This document shows, in pieces, positions 22,760-31,887 of a stretch of 64,000 nucleotides of DNA. How positions within the stretch are numbered: position 1 is the first letter of the stretch; each line of letters opens with the position of its first letter. Location: the NCBI GenBank assembly GCA_012735215.1, contig JAAYHX010000005.1, forward strand, positions 2,017 to 66,016, given 5' to 3'. The notes beneath the pieces are model-generated. The model was not told where the DNA came from. It did not search any database and saw only the letters and a program-made list of their open reading frames with translations. The stretch is from Tissierellia bacterium (GTDB lineage: Bacteria; Bacillota; Clostridia; Tissierellales; Tepidimicrobiaceae). A program made the translations under genes and the position numbers.

Positions 22760-23171
22760 GTAATTCCTTTTCCTTTATGTACTTTGCTTTCACCAGTAGA
22801 CTAAAAAATTCTTCATAGGTTAATTGGCAGAGATCTTTATTACCAATATAAAATCCGTCGGAACAGGGTTTTATATCTAAAAACTCTCCCAAAAATGACC
22901 TTAAGAAAATTCTATCCTTTTCTTCTAATAGGGAGTCAATGGTTTGAGAATGGCATAAATTATAGAGGACCCTAAAAGTCTTCTTTTCTATAATCTTTCT
23001 ATCTATTTCACAGCATTTAATTTGATCGCATATATCAATAATAATATCTAGAACTTTTACTGAATCGGTGGTTTTCAAAAAGGATAAAAACAAAGCTAAG
23101 CATTTTTCTTCCCTGTCATTTTTCTCCCCCACATAGATCAACCCCATTTCAAAAACATGAAATCCATTCAA
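22737..23171 (-). CDS. hypothetical protein (144 aa max), Cys-rich, no recognised family
   Basis: The open frame begins at TTG with no convincing RBS. The C-terminal codons overlap the fabZ terminator hairpin. Composition looks protein-like, but I recognise no homolog. Confidence 0.35.
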   Translation of the reverse strand: MNGFHVFEMGLIYVGEKNDREEKCLALFLSFLKTTDSVKVLDIIIDICDQIKCCEIDRKIIEKKTFRVLYNLCHSQTIDSLLEEKDRIFLRSFLGEFLDIKPCSDGFYIGNKDLCQLTYEEFFSLLVKAKYIKEKELQKGEAVN

Positions 23172-23284
23172 AAAAGGTGCTAAAGTCCTATATCATATTT
23201 ATATAGTACTACATTCCTAAATAAAAAACAATAGATAATTAATAATCTAGAAGTATAATAAATACCTATTACTAGGTTATTATG

Positions 23285-23310
23285 AAAAGCCTACTTTTAT
23301 GTAGGCTTTT
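23285..23310 (-). terminator. terminator hairpin closing the riboswitch-controlled operon
   Basis: Stem AAAAGCCTAC/GTAGGCTTTT with a 6-nt loop, immediately after the stop at 23311. Confidence 0.7.
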
Positions 23311-24948
23311 CTATTTGTTCTCTATAACATTTAGGATTCTATTCATTCTTTCTTCTTCAGTAATGATTTTTTTCCTATCCTTATCATATGCGTATAAGGC
23401 TCCACTTATCACTCTGGTATTTAGAGTACCACTGCAAGCAGGGTTACCTTTTAAGTGAGGTGCGTCTAAAATCCCAATTTTCACAGCCTTAGTTAAAGTT
23501 TCTGGGTCAGTTAAAGGATCCCTATCATCGGGTCCTATGGATTTTATTGCATCTAGTATAATATTAGCCTCTTTAATTAACTCTTCCTTCCTTCTCTGAA
23601 CATTAACATCTTTAGTCATATCTACAGTGCCCAAGAACTCATTCTTGATTACACCCCTTACTATCTTGCAGGATTCAATAATATCTTCAGCCGTTGCAGC
23701 ATGATGAGCTTCACAGTAGCCTACTACATGATAGATGTGTGGCTTTATAGATAAGGCTAAATAGGCTGAAGCAGCTAGTTGTCCTTTAGCTTGGCTTAAA
23801 TCAGCAGGGAAGCTTGCAAGGCCTGCCCTTGCCTGCCTGTATACTCTAAAGTTATCATCCTGTAAACTCTCTACCATTTCAATTTTTGCCAACATCTTAG
23901 CTAGGTCCATTTCTGGGGAGATAAAAGCTGGAACATTGAACATATACTGGGCTATATAATCCTTAACTCCCATCTTTTTAGCGTTATATGCTACTAAGTA
24001 AGCATCAGCCACCCCTACTGCATCGTGAGCATCTCTTAAACTCCAATGGTGAGGGTCATTTACTTCCACAGGTATATTTCTTTCCCCATGCCATCTCATT
24101 ATCTGCTGATTTTCCTCTATAGCATCCCTTAGTTTTCTAGGTCCCCTTTTATCCAACTCGCTATACCAAAACAAAGGGACTGCGCACCAGGCGTTTTTAA
24201 TGGTCCTCTGCAACATGTCAGCAAATTTAACAATATCCTGAGTGCCACTGTAGCAGCGTAGTAATGGATAATTGCCTCTTTGAGAAGCTTCATACAATCT
24301 TATAAAGTCTTCTTCACTTCTTAGAGGAACTCCTCCCGCTCCATCCAATCTCTTATCCATCAATTCCTGTCTGAAGAAGTACTCTTGAGCATTTTGATCT
24401 GGTGCTATGGATATAACATCTAAGACTTTAGACTCGGCAACCTTCTCAATTGCCTCTATTGTATCCTCTAAACTTGGCAAACCTAGATGATGCCTTAGTA
24501 TTGGATAAGGATACTTAGAATTTATTCTAGATATTACATCACTAGGGTATTCCTCATCCTTGGAATAGTCCTTACCTTTTAAGTATCCAATTACTTCATC
24601 AATATCCTCATAGCCATAAAAGATCTTATTGAATATGTCTGACTCATAAGCCACCTTTCCTGTTGGCTCTGTTCCACCAAATAACCAGGTTATACCTTGC
24701 AAGTTGTTTTGTTCTATTTTTTCACTCAATTCTTTTAAGATGGCCACAAGTGGCTCCGGAGTCAAACGATAGCTTAAGGCTACAATATCAGGCTTCTTCT
24801 CCCTTATGTTGCTGATTAATTCATCAATAGATATACCGATGCCTATAAATTCAGTTTCATATCCTTCATTTTCTGCAAGGGTTAAGAAATTCATAGTCCC
24901 TGCAACATGAACACAATTTCCTATAGTGCATGCCATAATCTTTCTCAT
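23311..24948 (-). CDS. B12-binding-domain (Rossmann-like) plus C-terminal putative TIM-barrel protein, function unknown
   Basis: 545 aa. Residues 1-125 align by eye to cobalamin-binding domains (IGNCVHVAGTMNF against GlmS IGSDCHAVGNKIL), but with CxHxxG in place of DxHxxG. The C-terminal ~400 aa are not assignable by eye. The ATGA overlap with the upstream gene implies translational coupling. Confidence 0.6.
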   Translation of the reverse strand: MRKIMACTIGNCVHVAGTMNFLTLAENEGYETEFIGIGISIDELISNIREKKPDIVALSYRLTPEPLVAILKELSEKIEQNNLQGITWLFGGTEPTGKVAYESDIFNKIFYGYEDIDEVIGYLKGKDYSKDEEYPSDVISRINSKYPYPILRHHLGLPSLEDTIEAIEKVAESKVLDVISIAPDQNAQEYFFRQELMDKRLDGAGGVPLRSEEDFIRLYEASQRGNYPLLRCYSGTQDIVKFADMLQRTIKNAWCAVPLFWYSELDKRGPRKLRDAIEENQQIMRWHGERNIPVEVNDPHHWSLRDAHDAVGVADAYLVAYNAKKMGVKDYIAQYMFNVPAFISPEMDLAKMLAKIEMVESLQDDNFRVYRQARAGLASFPADLSQAKGQLAASAYLALSIKPHIYHVVGYCEAHHAATAEDIIESCKIVRGVIKNEFLGTVDMTKDVNVQRRKEELIKEANIILDAIKSIGPDDRDPLTDPETLTKAVKIGILDAPHLKGNPACSGTLNTRVISGALYAYDKDRKKIITEEERMNRILNVIENK

Positions 24949-26060
24949 GAAGCCACCTCCTCATCAGCATTTGTCAATACTTTTCCATTCCTAGCAAATT
25001 CATGTATTTGCTCCACAGTTAAACCCTTTAATCCTAATCTTTCTACAGTTCTTCCTTCCTCATAGAAGTCTCTACCTGTGATAAGGCATGCTAGCCATAT
25101 TATGGAATCAATTGCTGGCGTTTCTATATTGAATTCCTTAGCAATGGATGATAAGGGTACCAGACTACATGGTACATCTTCATATATATATCTATTTAAA
25201 CCCTTAGGAGCTTGAAGCCCCTTGTAGCCGGGATTCTTCTGAACCGTTTCATATAGGCTTTCTCCTTTTATGCCATAAGAATCTTCCAGCCAATCCTTTG
25301 CAGACACTGTGTCAACATTTAATAGTAATCCTATTTTCATCCTTTCAGCATCCATCTTTTCTAAGAAGTTGCTTATGGATGGAGTTATGCCTTCTGTGTA
25401 ATATTCAAAAGGAGCACCTCTTTCAATGTGACCACAGTTTAAAAGGGTTGGTGCAGGATGGAAGATTGCACCATAGTTATTTATACTTGTTTCAATAACG
25501 TCTTTTACAGGTACGAATTGTGGATAAGCATCTTTAAGCATATCTATAACATCATCTGTTCTAACTGAAGGAATAGCAGATAACTTTACTTCTCTTTTAG
25601 ATTTAAATATATGAGCACTGGTTTGGGATGTTTTACGACATGCATAAACAAAGGTTTGGGCTTCAGCAACCACAATATCCTTGTCTGTGGTTCTCTTGAT
25701 GGTTGAATACACCTCTAAAGCTCCACATGTCCTTCCTGGATTCAATACTATTATCTGTCCATCCTTCAAGTAGGGAGCCATTAGCTGAGCTAACTGATAG
25801 TGCCCAGTTGCCGGAATAGTAACCATAATAATGTCAACATCCCTGATAGCCTGTTCAATATCATTTGTAACCAAATTCAATCTGCCTTCCCCATTAGTTT
25901 CTCCAGTAACTTTTATTCTTGGATCCTTTATCAAGGAAAGTATATTATCTAAAGTTCTGTTATAAAGGTTTACACTGTAGCCAATAAGAGCTAGATAACC
26001 TGCCATAGCTACTCCACCATTACCCGCTCCAATAATAGCATACCTTACATCTTTCGCCAT
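24945..26060 (-). CDS. NAD(P)-dependent opine (octopine/nopaline) dehydrogenase family protein
   Basis: 371 aa. N-terminal Rossmann motif IIGAGNGG and an Octopine_DH-like C-terminal domain. GGAGG RBS. Confidence 0.75.
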   Translation of the reverse strand: MAKDVRYAIIGAGNGGVAMAGYLALIGYSVNLYNRTLDNILSLIKDPRIKVTGETNGEGRLNLVTNDIEQAIRDVDIIMVTIPATGHYQLAQLMAPYLKDGQIIVLNPGRTCGALEVYSTIKRTTDKDIVVAEAQTFVYACRKTSQTSAHIFKSKREVKLSAIPSVRTDDVIDMLKDAYPQFVPVKDVIETSINNYGAIFHPAPTLLNCGHIERGAPFEYYTEGITPSISNFLEKMDAERMKIGLLLNVDTVSAKDWLEDSYGIKGESLYETVQKNPGYKGLQAPKGLNRYIYEDVPCSLVPLSSIAKEFNIETPAIDSIIWLACLITGRDFYEEGRTVERLGLKGLTVEQIHEFARNGKVLTNADEEVAS

Positions 26061-26101
26061 CTCATTACCTCCATTCCCACTATTTTCCTGATTCCCAACA
26101 G

Positions 26102-26261
26102 AAATAAAAAACTATAGAGGGTTCTCTATAGTCGCAACATAGCAACCCCTAAAATGCTTACGAGGTTAGCTGACGGGTTAGGGCTAAGGGCGGCCCCTCC
26201 TATACACGGATTCACCCCAAGGAATGGTTCCCCCGCTTCTCTTAACAAGAGAATTCAGCAT
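26102..26261 (-). promoter_or_regulatory. c-di-AMP riboswitch (ydaO-yuaA type) with intrinsic terminator expression platform
   Basis: Minus-strand RNA 26261->26154: AUGCUGAAUUCUCUUGUUAAGAGAAGCGGGGGAACCAUUCCUUGGGGUGAAUCCGUGUAUAGGAGGGGCCGCCCUUAGCCCUAACCCGUCAGCUAACCUCGUAAGCAU. It contains the conserved ydaO blocks as I recall them from B. subtilis ydaO: GCGGGGGA.CC, UGGGGUGAAUCC, AGGG, ACCCGUCAGCUAACCUCGUAAGC. P1 forms as AUGCU.A/UAAGCAU. A terminator CUAUAGAG-AACC-CUCUAUAG plus U6 follows at 26131-26106. This is a GC-rich island in AT-rich spacer. Confidence 0.75.
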
Positions 26262-26473
26262 ATAAATATGTTTAATTGAGAAATATGAATATTTATTGAT
26301 AAAACACTATTGATGTAATCCACTGAAAAGCAAAAACTATATAAGCATAAAGTTGAAATTATGATAATGATTAAAATACATAAGAATTTTTCCATAGGTT
26401 AGAAAGTACATTAATCTAGTTTATAATATACCATAAATAGTAATTATTTTCAATACTTGGTTGTATTTTTCAC

Positions 26474-26519
26474 AAAAAAACACCCTAAAAGTTATGTTGG
26501 TGATTTAACTTTTAGGGTG
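26474..26519 (-). terminator. intrinsic terminator after the OFOR gamma subunit
   Basis: 12-bp stem CACCCTAAAAGT/ACTTTTAGGGTG, followed by U7 on the minus strand. Confidence 0.85.
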
Positions 26520-26551
26520 GTATTAACTCTCTTATATCATTTTAAATTGTA

Positions 26552-27109
26552 TTATGCAGTTACTCCTGCTTGCTTTCTAATTGCTTCAGCGCCTTTTTCA
26601 ATTGCTTCTTTGTTGATTGGAAGTAGATGTGCTTTACCTTCACCAAATACCTTTGTAAAGCCTGCTAGTACTGAATCTACTGATACAACTTTTGTAGCCT
26701 CTAGATATGCTCCTAGCATTACCATGTTAGCTACTCTTGCATTTCCTAGTTCGCCTGCTATTTCATTACATGGTACATAGTAAATTTCTATATCGTCTCT
26801 TTCAGATTTTCTGTCAATTAGAGAGGAATTTATAAATAGTTTTCCACCTTTAACTACAGAATTTTCAAATTTGTCTAATGAAGGTTTGTTCATTATGATA
26901 GCTGTATTAGCATCCAATACTACTGGTGAACCTACATCATCACTTGAAATAACTACGTTACAGTTAGCAGTACCCCCACGCATTTCTGGACCGTAGGATG
27001 GTAACCATGATACTTGTTTACCCTCGATCATGCCTGCATAGGTTAACAATTGGCCCATAGCCATAACACCTTGACCACCAAAACCAGCTATTATTATTCT
27101 TTCTTCCAT
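26552..27109 (-). CDS. 2-oxoacid:ferredoxin oxidoreductase, gamma subunit
   Basis: 185 aa. GFGGQGV motif. Position is last in the delta-alpha-beta-gamma gene set. Confidence 0.88.
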   Translation of the reverse strand: MEERIIIAGFGGQGVMAMGQLLTYAGMIEGKQVSWLPSYGPEMRGGTANCNVVISSDDVGSPVVLDANTAIIMNKPSLDKFENSVVKGGKLFINSSLIDRKSERDDIEIYYVPCNEIAGELGNARVANMVMLGAYLEATKVVSVDSVLAGFTKVFGEGKAHLLPINKEAIEKGAEAIRKQAGVTA

Positions 27110-27856
27110 CTACTCCACCTCCTCAGGTCTTTTGAAGTTTCCTAATGGATAGTATGGTATCATGTTTTCTTCTAACCATCTTAATGCTTCTTCTGGTGTG
27201 TATCCCCAGTTAGTAGGACAAGTAGATAGTACTTCTACGATACCGAATCCTTTACCATCCAATTGAACTTGGAAGCATTCCTTAATAGCCTTTTTAGCTT
27301 TTCTTACATGAGCTGGTGTAGTTACTGTAACTCTTTCTACGAACTTAGCTCCATCTATTGTGGAAAGCATCTCTGACATTCTGATTGGTTTACCCGCATG
27401 ATTTGGATCTCTACCATATGGTGCAGTTGTTGCTTTTTGTCCAACTAATGTTGTTGGAGCCATTTGACCACCAGTCATACCGTAAATTGCGTTATTTATG
27501 AATATAGTTGATATTTTCTCACCACGAAGTGCTGCGTGAACGATTTCAGCTGTACCTATGGAGGCTAAGTCTCCATCACCTTGATAAGTAAATACAAAGT
27601 TATCTGGGTGAACTCTCTTAATTCCTGTTGCTACTGCTGGAGCTCTACCATGAGCTGCTTCATGCATATCGCAGTTGAAGTATTTGTAAGCCAATACTGA
27701 ACATCCTACAGGTGCAACTCCTATAGCATTGTCCAATACTCCTAGTTCTTCCAACACTTCACCGACCAACCTGTGAACTATTCCATGGGTACATCCAGGA
27801 CAATAGTGGGTTGGTACATCTGTTAATCCTCTAGTCTTTTGAAATACTACTGACAT
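27110..27856 (-). CDS. 2-oxoacid:ferredoxin oxidoreductase, beta (TPP-binding) subunit
   Basis: 248 aa. CPGCTHG cluster motif and GDGD...N TPP/Mg site. Confidence 0.9.
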   Translation of the reverse strand: MSVVFQKTRGLTDVPTHYCPGCTHGIVHRLVGEVLEELGVLDNAIGVAPVGCSVLAYKYFNCDMHEAAHGRAPAVATGIKRVHPDNFVFTYQGDGDLASIGTAEIVHAALRGEKISTIFINNAIYGMTGGQMAPTTLVGQKATTAPYGRDPNHAGKPIRMSEMLSTIDGAKFVERVTVTTPAHVRKAKKAIKECFQVQLDGKGFGIVEVLSTCPTNWGYTPEEALRWLEENMIPYYPLGNFKRPEEVE

Positions 27857-28917
27857 TAGATTTCACCTCCATAGATTTTCTTAACTTTTTCTATGATCTC
27901 GTTTGGTGTAGGTACCATACCTCCCAATCTTCCATGGAAGTATACTGGGAATCTACCATTTACTGCTATCTTAACATCATCTACCATTTGTCCAGAGTTC
28001 ATTTCTACTGTTAAGATACCTTTACATTTATCGCTTATCTTATTGAACTCATCGTATGGATATGGCCATAATGAAATTGGTCTTATTAATCCAACCTTGT
28101 AGCCTTCTTTTTCTAATTGTGCAATAGCAGTTTTTGCTATTCTTGATGTTGTTCCGTAAGCTGCAATTACTACATCAGCATCTTCTATATTATAGGATTC
28201 TACTTTTACTTCATTTTCTCTTATCTTTTGATATTTTGCTTGAAGGCGTATATTATGAGCTTCTAGTTCTTCTGGTGATAGGTATAGTGAGTTAATGATA
28301 TTTGGTTTTCTCTCACCTTTAGTTCCATTTGTAGCCCAATCCTTTGGTGGTAACTCTCTTGTCTTAGGCTTCTTGAATTCTACTGGTTCCATCATTTGTC
28401 CAATCATTCCATCTCCAAGGATCATAACTGGATTTCTATATTGGTCTGCTATATCAAAACCTTCTATTATAAGGTCAACTAATTCTTGTACATTTGATGG
28501 AGCTAGTACAACTAACCTATAATCTCCATTTCCACCGCCTCTTGTAGCTTGGAAATAGTCAGTTTGAGATGGTTGAATACTTCCTAGTCCTGGACCACCT
28601 CTCATGATGTTAACTATCAAACAGGGTAGTTCAGCACCTGCAATGTAAGAAATTCCTTCTTGTTTTAATGATATACCAGGGCTTGATGATGAAGTCATTA
28701 CTCTTGCACCTGATCCTGCTGCTCCATATACCATGTTTATTGCTGCAATTTCACTTTCTGCTTGTAGGAATACACCTCCTGCCTTTGGTAACTCTCTAGC
28801 CATGAATTCAGGTAATTCACTTTGTGGAGTAATTGGATAACCAAAGAAATATTTACATCCTGCTTCTATAGCAGCGGCTCCTATAGCTTCATTACCTTTC
28901 ATGAGAACTTTAGCCAT
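27856..28917 (-). CDS. 2-oxoacid:ferredoxin oxidoreductase, alpha subunit
   Basis: 353 aa. POR/KOR/VOR alpha family N-terminus (GNEA...GYPITP). Its start overlaps the beta-subunit stop by 1 nt. Confidence 0.9.
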   Translation of the reverse strand: MAKVLMKGNEAIGAAAIEAGCKYFFGYPITPQSELPEFMARELPKAGGVFLQAESEIAAINMVYGAAGSGARVMTSSSSPGISLKQEGISYIAGAELPCLIVNIMRGGPGLGSIQPSQTDYFQATRGGGNGDYRLVVLAPSNVQELVDLIIEGFDIADQYRNPVMILGDGMIGQMMEPVEFKKPKTRELPPKDWATNGTKGERKPNIINSLYLSPEELEAHNIRLQAKYQKIRENEVKVESYNIEDADVVIAAYGTTSRIAKTAIAQLEKEGYKVGLIRPISLWPYPYDEFNKISDKCKGILTVEMNSGQMVDDVKIAVNGRFPVYFHGRLGGMVPTPNEIIEKVKKIYGGEI

Positions 28918-28937
28918 TTAAAACCCTCCTTCTTTAT

Positions 28938-29171
28938 TTATAATCTCTCTACAGTTATAACTACATCTGGACACATTAGTGCACAACTAGTACATGCAAT
29001 ACACTTGTCCATATCTGTTACAGTTGCTGGATGATAGCCTTTTGCATTGATTTTGTTGCTATCTAAAGTAATTATCTTTTGTGGACATACACTTACACAT
29101 AGCCCACATCCTTTACATAGATCCTCTTGGAAAGTTACCTTTCCTCTTACCTTAGGTTTTGCTGTAGCCAT
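28938..29171 (-). CDS. 2-oxoacid:ferredoxin oxidoreductase, delta (2x[4Fe-4S] ferredoxin) subunit
   Basis: Two motifs, CKGCGLCVSVCP and CIACTSCALMCP. Start set to ATG 29171 (MATAKPK...), which follows a GGAGG RBS. Confidence 0.88.
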   Translation of the reverse strand: MATAKPKVRGKVTFQEDLCKGCGLCVSVCPQKIITLDSNKINAKGYHPATVTDMDKCIACTSCALMCPDVVITVERL

Positions 29172-29197
29172 AATATAACCTCCTTTATAATTTTTAT

Positions 29198-29878
29198 TTA
29201 GACCATCCAATCTTCCCTCATAAAGAGTTTTATTGGAAAGATTTCTCCATTTATATTAGATGGTAACTTGTTTGCAACATGTTCTAGTGCAACAACATAT
29301 CTAATTGGGATACCTATTTTCTCTGATACCTGCTCTGCTAACTGCTGACCTCTTAGGACATCTTCTACAGTTGTGCTTTTCAATAAATGGGTGGTGTTTA
29401 CTATTCCAGTTGCCTTAGCTCTAGCCATATCTTCAATTTTTCTTAAATACTCAATTGCCTTGTCTACAGACTGGGTTTCAGGCCTATTTGCATTTAGCAC
29501 AAAAAACATATCATATTTGCCTTCAATAAAATAATTATGGTATCTACCTAGGGTTCTTGCACCTGCTGGATCTCCTCCTACATCCAGTACCACATCATAG
29601 GATTCATCTTGCAGGGGAGAATATACATCAGCTGCAATTGCAGGCACATCTATTGCACTACCAGATGATTCGTGGCTGCCAATTACCCTAATGCCCATAC
29701 TTGATAGTTCTTCCGCCTTTTCCCTGCTCCTAAAGTATGCATTTACTACGTCTAAATCTGCTAGGGCAACTTTTCTTCCTTGTTCTGCAAGTTTTACTGC
29801 ATAGTTAACACTAAACTCAGTTTTTCCACTACCATAATGCCCCACAACAATCCTGATTCTTTTATCATTTAAAATCAT
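29198..29878 (-). CDS. ParA/MinD-like (SIMIBI) P-loop NTPase of unknown role
   Basis: 226 aa. Walker A GHYGSGKT, KVALADLDVVN switch region, Walker-B-like VVLDVGGD. It sits between buk and the OFOR delta gene. Confidence 0.65.
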   Translation of the reverse strand: MILNDKRIRIVVGHYGSGKTEFSVNYAVKLAEQGRKVALADLDVVNAYFRSREKAEELSSMGIRVIGSHESSGSAIDVPAIAADVYSPLQDESYDVVLDVGGDPAGARTLGRYHNYFIEGKYDMFFVLNANRPETQSVDKAIEYLRKIEDMARAKATGIVNTTHLLKSTTVEDVLRGQQLAEQVSEKIGIPIRYVVALEHVANKLPSNINGEIFPIKLFMREDWMV

Positions 29879-29893
29879 ATAACCACCTAAATT

Positions 29894-30970
29894 CTATTTG
29901 TATTCTTTTGCTTCCTCTTCACCTTTCAATACCCTTAATCCACCTTCAGCTAGAGCTGTTAGTTCATCCTCACCTGGATAAACATATACATCTGCAATAA
30001 AGCTTACCATTTCTTCTATCCAACCAGTGAACATCTTATCATGAGCTATTCCACCAGTTAGCAATATGCCATCTACCTTACCTTTTAGTGCTACAGCACA
30101 ACTTCCTACTTCTTTTGCTGTCTGATAAGCCATAGCATAGTAGACTAGTTTAGCGTATTCATCTCCATTTTCAATTCTTTCACAAACTTCCATTGCACTA
30201 TTGGTGTTTAGATAGGATACTAATCCACCTTTTCCAACCAATTTCTTTCTCATTTCTTCATAGGTGTACTTTCCTGAATAGCAAAGTCTAACAAGCTCTC
30301 CTACTGGTAGTCCACCTGATCTTTCTGGTGAAAAAGGACTTTCTCCATCTAATGCGTTAGCAACTTCAATAACTTTACCTTTTTGATGCGCACCTACTGA
30401 AATACCTCCACCTAGGTGTACAACAATCAAGTTCATATCTTCATACTTTTTGCCTTGTGATTTAGCATGTCTTCTTGCAACTGCTTTTTGGTTTAGTGCA
30501 TGGAAGATGCTAACTCTTTCAATGTCCTTAAGCCCTGAAATTCTTGCCACATCACTTAGTTCATCTACTACTACTGGGTCTACTATGTAAGCATCTACTC
30601 CAATCTTGCTAGCTATTCCGTAAGCTAGAATACCTCCTAAATCTGAAGCGTGTTCGCCTCTTTCAGTGGATCTTAAATCTTCGAGCATTCTTTCATTTAC
30701 CTTATAAGTTCCACCTTCAATTGGCTTTAATAGTCCGCCACGTCCAACTATAGCTGAGAAAGAGTTAATGTCAATGTCTCTTTCCTCTAAAGCATTCAAG
30801 ATTATATTCAACCTAAACTCATATTGATCTGACACATTTTTAAATTGGGATAGTTCTTCCACTGAGTGCCTTAGAGTTTCGCAGAATTCCATTTCTTCAT
30901 TTTTGAATACCGCAATCTTTGTAGAAGTAGAACCTGGATTTATAACCAATAGTCTAAAATCATTTGCCAT
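29894..30970 (-). CDS. buk: butyrate (branched/short-chain acyl) kinase
   Basis: 358 aa. ASKHA motif INPGSTSTK. Paired with ptb. Confidence 0.92.
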   Translation of the reverse strand: MANDFRLLVINPGSTSTKIAVFKNEEMEFCETLRHSVEELSQFKNVSDQYEFRLNIILNALEERDIDINSFSAIVGRGGLLKPIEGGTYKVNERMLEDLRSTERGEHASDLGGILAYGIASKIGVDAYIVDPVVVDELSDVARISGLKDIERVSIFHALNQKAVARRHAKSQGKKYEDMNLIVVHLGGGISVGAHQKGKVIEVANALDGESPFSPERSGGLPVGELVRLCYSGKYTYEEMRKKLVGKGGLVSYLNTNSAMEVCERIENGDEYAKLVYYAMAYQTAKEVGSCAVALKGKVDGILLTGGIAHDKMFTGWIEEMVSFIADVYVYPGEDELTALAEGGLRVLKGEEEAKEYK

Positions 30971-30984
30971 ACCTATTATCCTCC

Positions 30985-31887
30985 TTATTTAGAACTTAAT
31001 AAAACTGCCAATACGATGGAATATAATTTTGCTTCATCATTATCTGCTCTTGATGTAAGAACAATCGGAGCCTTAGTTCCTAATATAATTCCAGCATTCT
31101 TTGCTTTAGCAAAGTAGGTTAAGGATTTATATAGAACATTACCTGCTTCTATATATGGTACTAGTAATATGTCTGCATCTCCAGCTACTTCTGATTTAAC
31201 CCCTTTAGTTTCTGCTGCTTCTTTGGAAATAGCGTTGTCCAATGCAAATGGTCCATCTACTATGCAACCGCTAATTTCGCCTCTCTTATTCATCTCAGCT
31301 AACTCTTGAGCGTGTACAGTAGCTTCCATCTTTGGGGAAACCTTTTCCTTAGCTGCAATAACGGCTACCTTTGGATTTTCTATTTCTAGTGAGTGAGCTA
31401 ATTCCACTGCATTTGCAATTATTTCTTTCTTTTGTTCTAAATCTGGATTTATGTTCATAGCAGCATCAGTTACCAATAAAATCTTGTGATATGTTTCCAC
31501 ATCAAAGACTGCTACGTGGCTTATTAGTTTCCCAGTCCTAAGTCCTATTTCCTTGTCCAAAACTTGCTTCATAATTACAGAAGTATCTATTAGGCCCTTC
31601 ATTAAAACATCAGCCTTACCGCTGCTTACTAATTCTGTAGCTTTTCTTGCAGCCATTACACCATCTTTTTCATCAACTATTTCAACTCCAGACAGGTCAA
31701 ATCCCATTTCTCCAGCTATCGCTTCAATCTTAGATTTGTCTCCTACTAAAACAGGTTCAACTATGTTTAGATCTTTTGCTGCCTTAACAGCACTTAGTAC
31801 CTCCTTGTCTTCTGCCACAGCCACTGAAAGCTTCTTTGGCCCTTTTTGTTGAGCTAATTCTAATAGATCAGTAAAGGATTTTGTCAT
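30985..31887 (-). CDS. ptb: phosphate butyryltransferase
   Basis: 300 aa. PTA_PTB family. The ptb-buk pairing is conserved. Confidence 0.9.
   Translation of the reverse strand: MTKSFTDLLELAQQKGPKKLSVAVAEDKEVLSAVKAAKDLNIVEPVLVGDKSKIEAIAGEMGFDLSGVEIVDEKDGVMAARKATELVSSGKADVLMKGLIDTSVIMKQVLDKEIGLRTGKLISHVAVFDVETYHKILLVTDAAMNINPDLEQKKEIIANAVELAHSLEIENPKVAVIAAKEKVSPKMEATVHAQELAEMNKRGEISGCIVDGPFALDNAISKEAAETKGVKSEVAGDADILLVPYIEAGNVLYKSLTYFAKAKNAGIILGTKAPIVLTSRADNDEAKLYSIVLAVLLSSK

Noticed and set aside
26154-26261. I first read this leader as a cobalamin riboswitch, because of GGUGAAUCC, a GUCAG...ACCU B12-box-like string and a B12-domain gene downstream.
   Set aside because: The B12-riboswitch core (GCCACUG / CCCGC..CUG region) is absent. 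The full string ACCCGUCAGCUAACCUCGUAAGC, together with GCGGGGGA.CC and UGGGGUGAAUCC, fits the ydaO/c-di-AMP class much better. A cmsearch run is still needed to settle it.
26457-26780. A 107-aa plus-strand ORF spanning the OFOR terminator and the gamma-subunit 3' end.
   Set aside because: It overlaps the terminator hairpin and is antisense to the gamma subunit. No RBS, no recognisable motifs.
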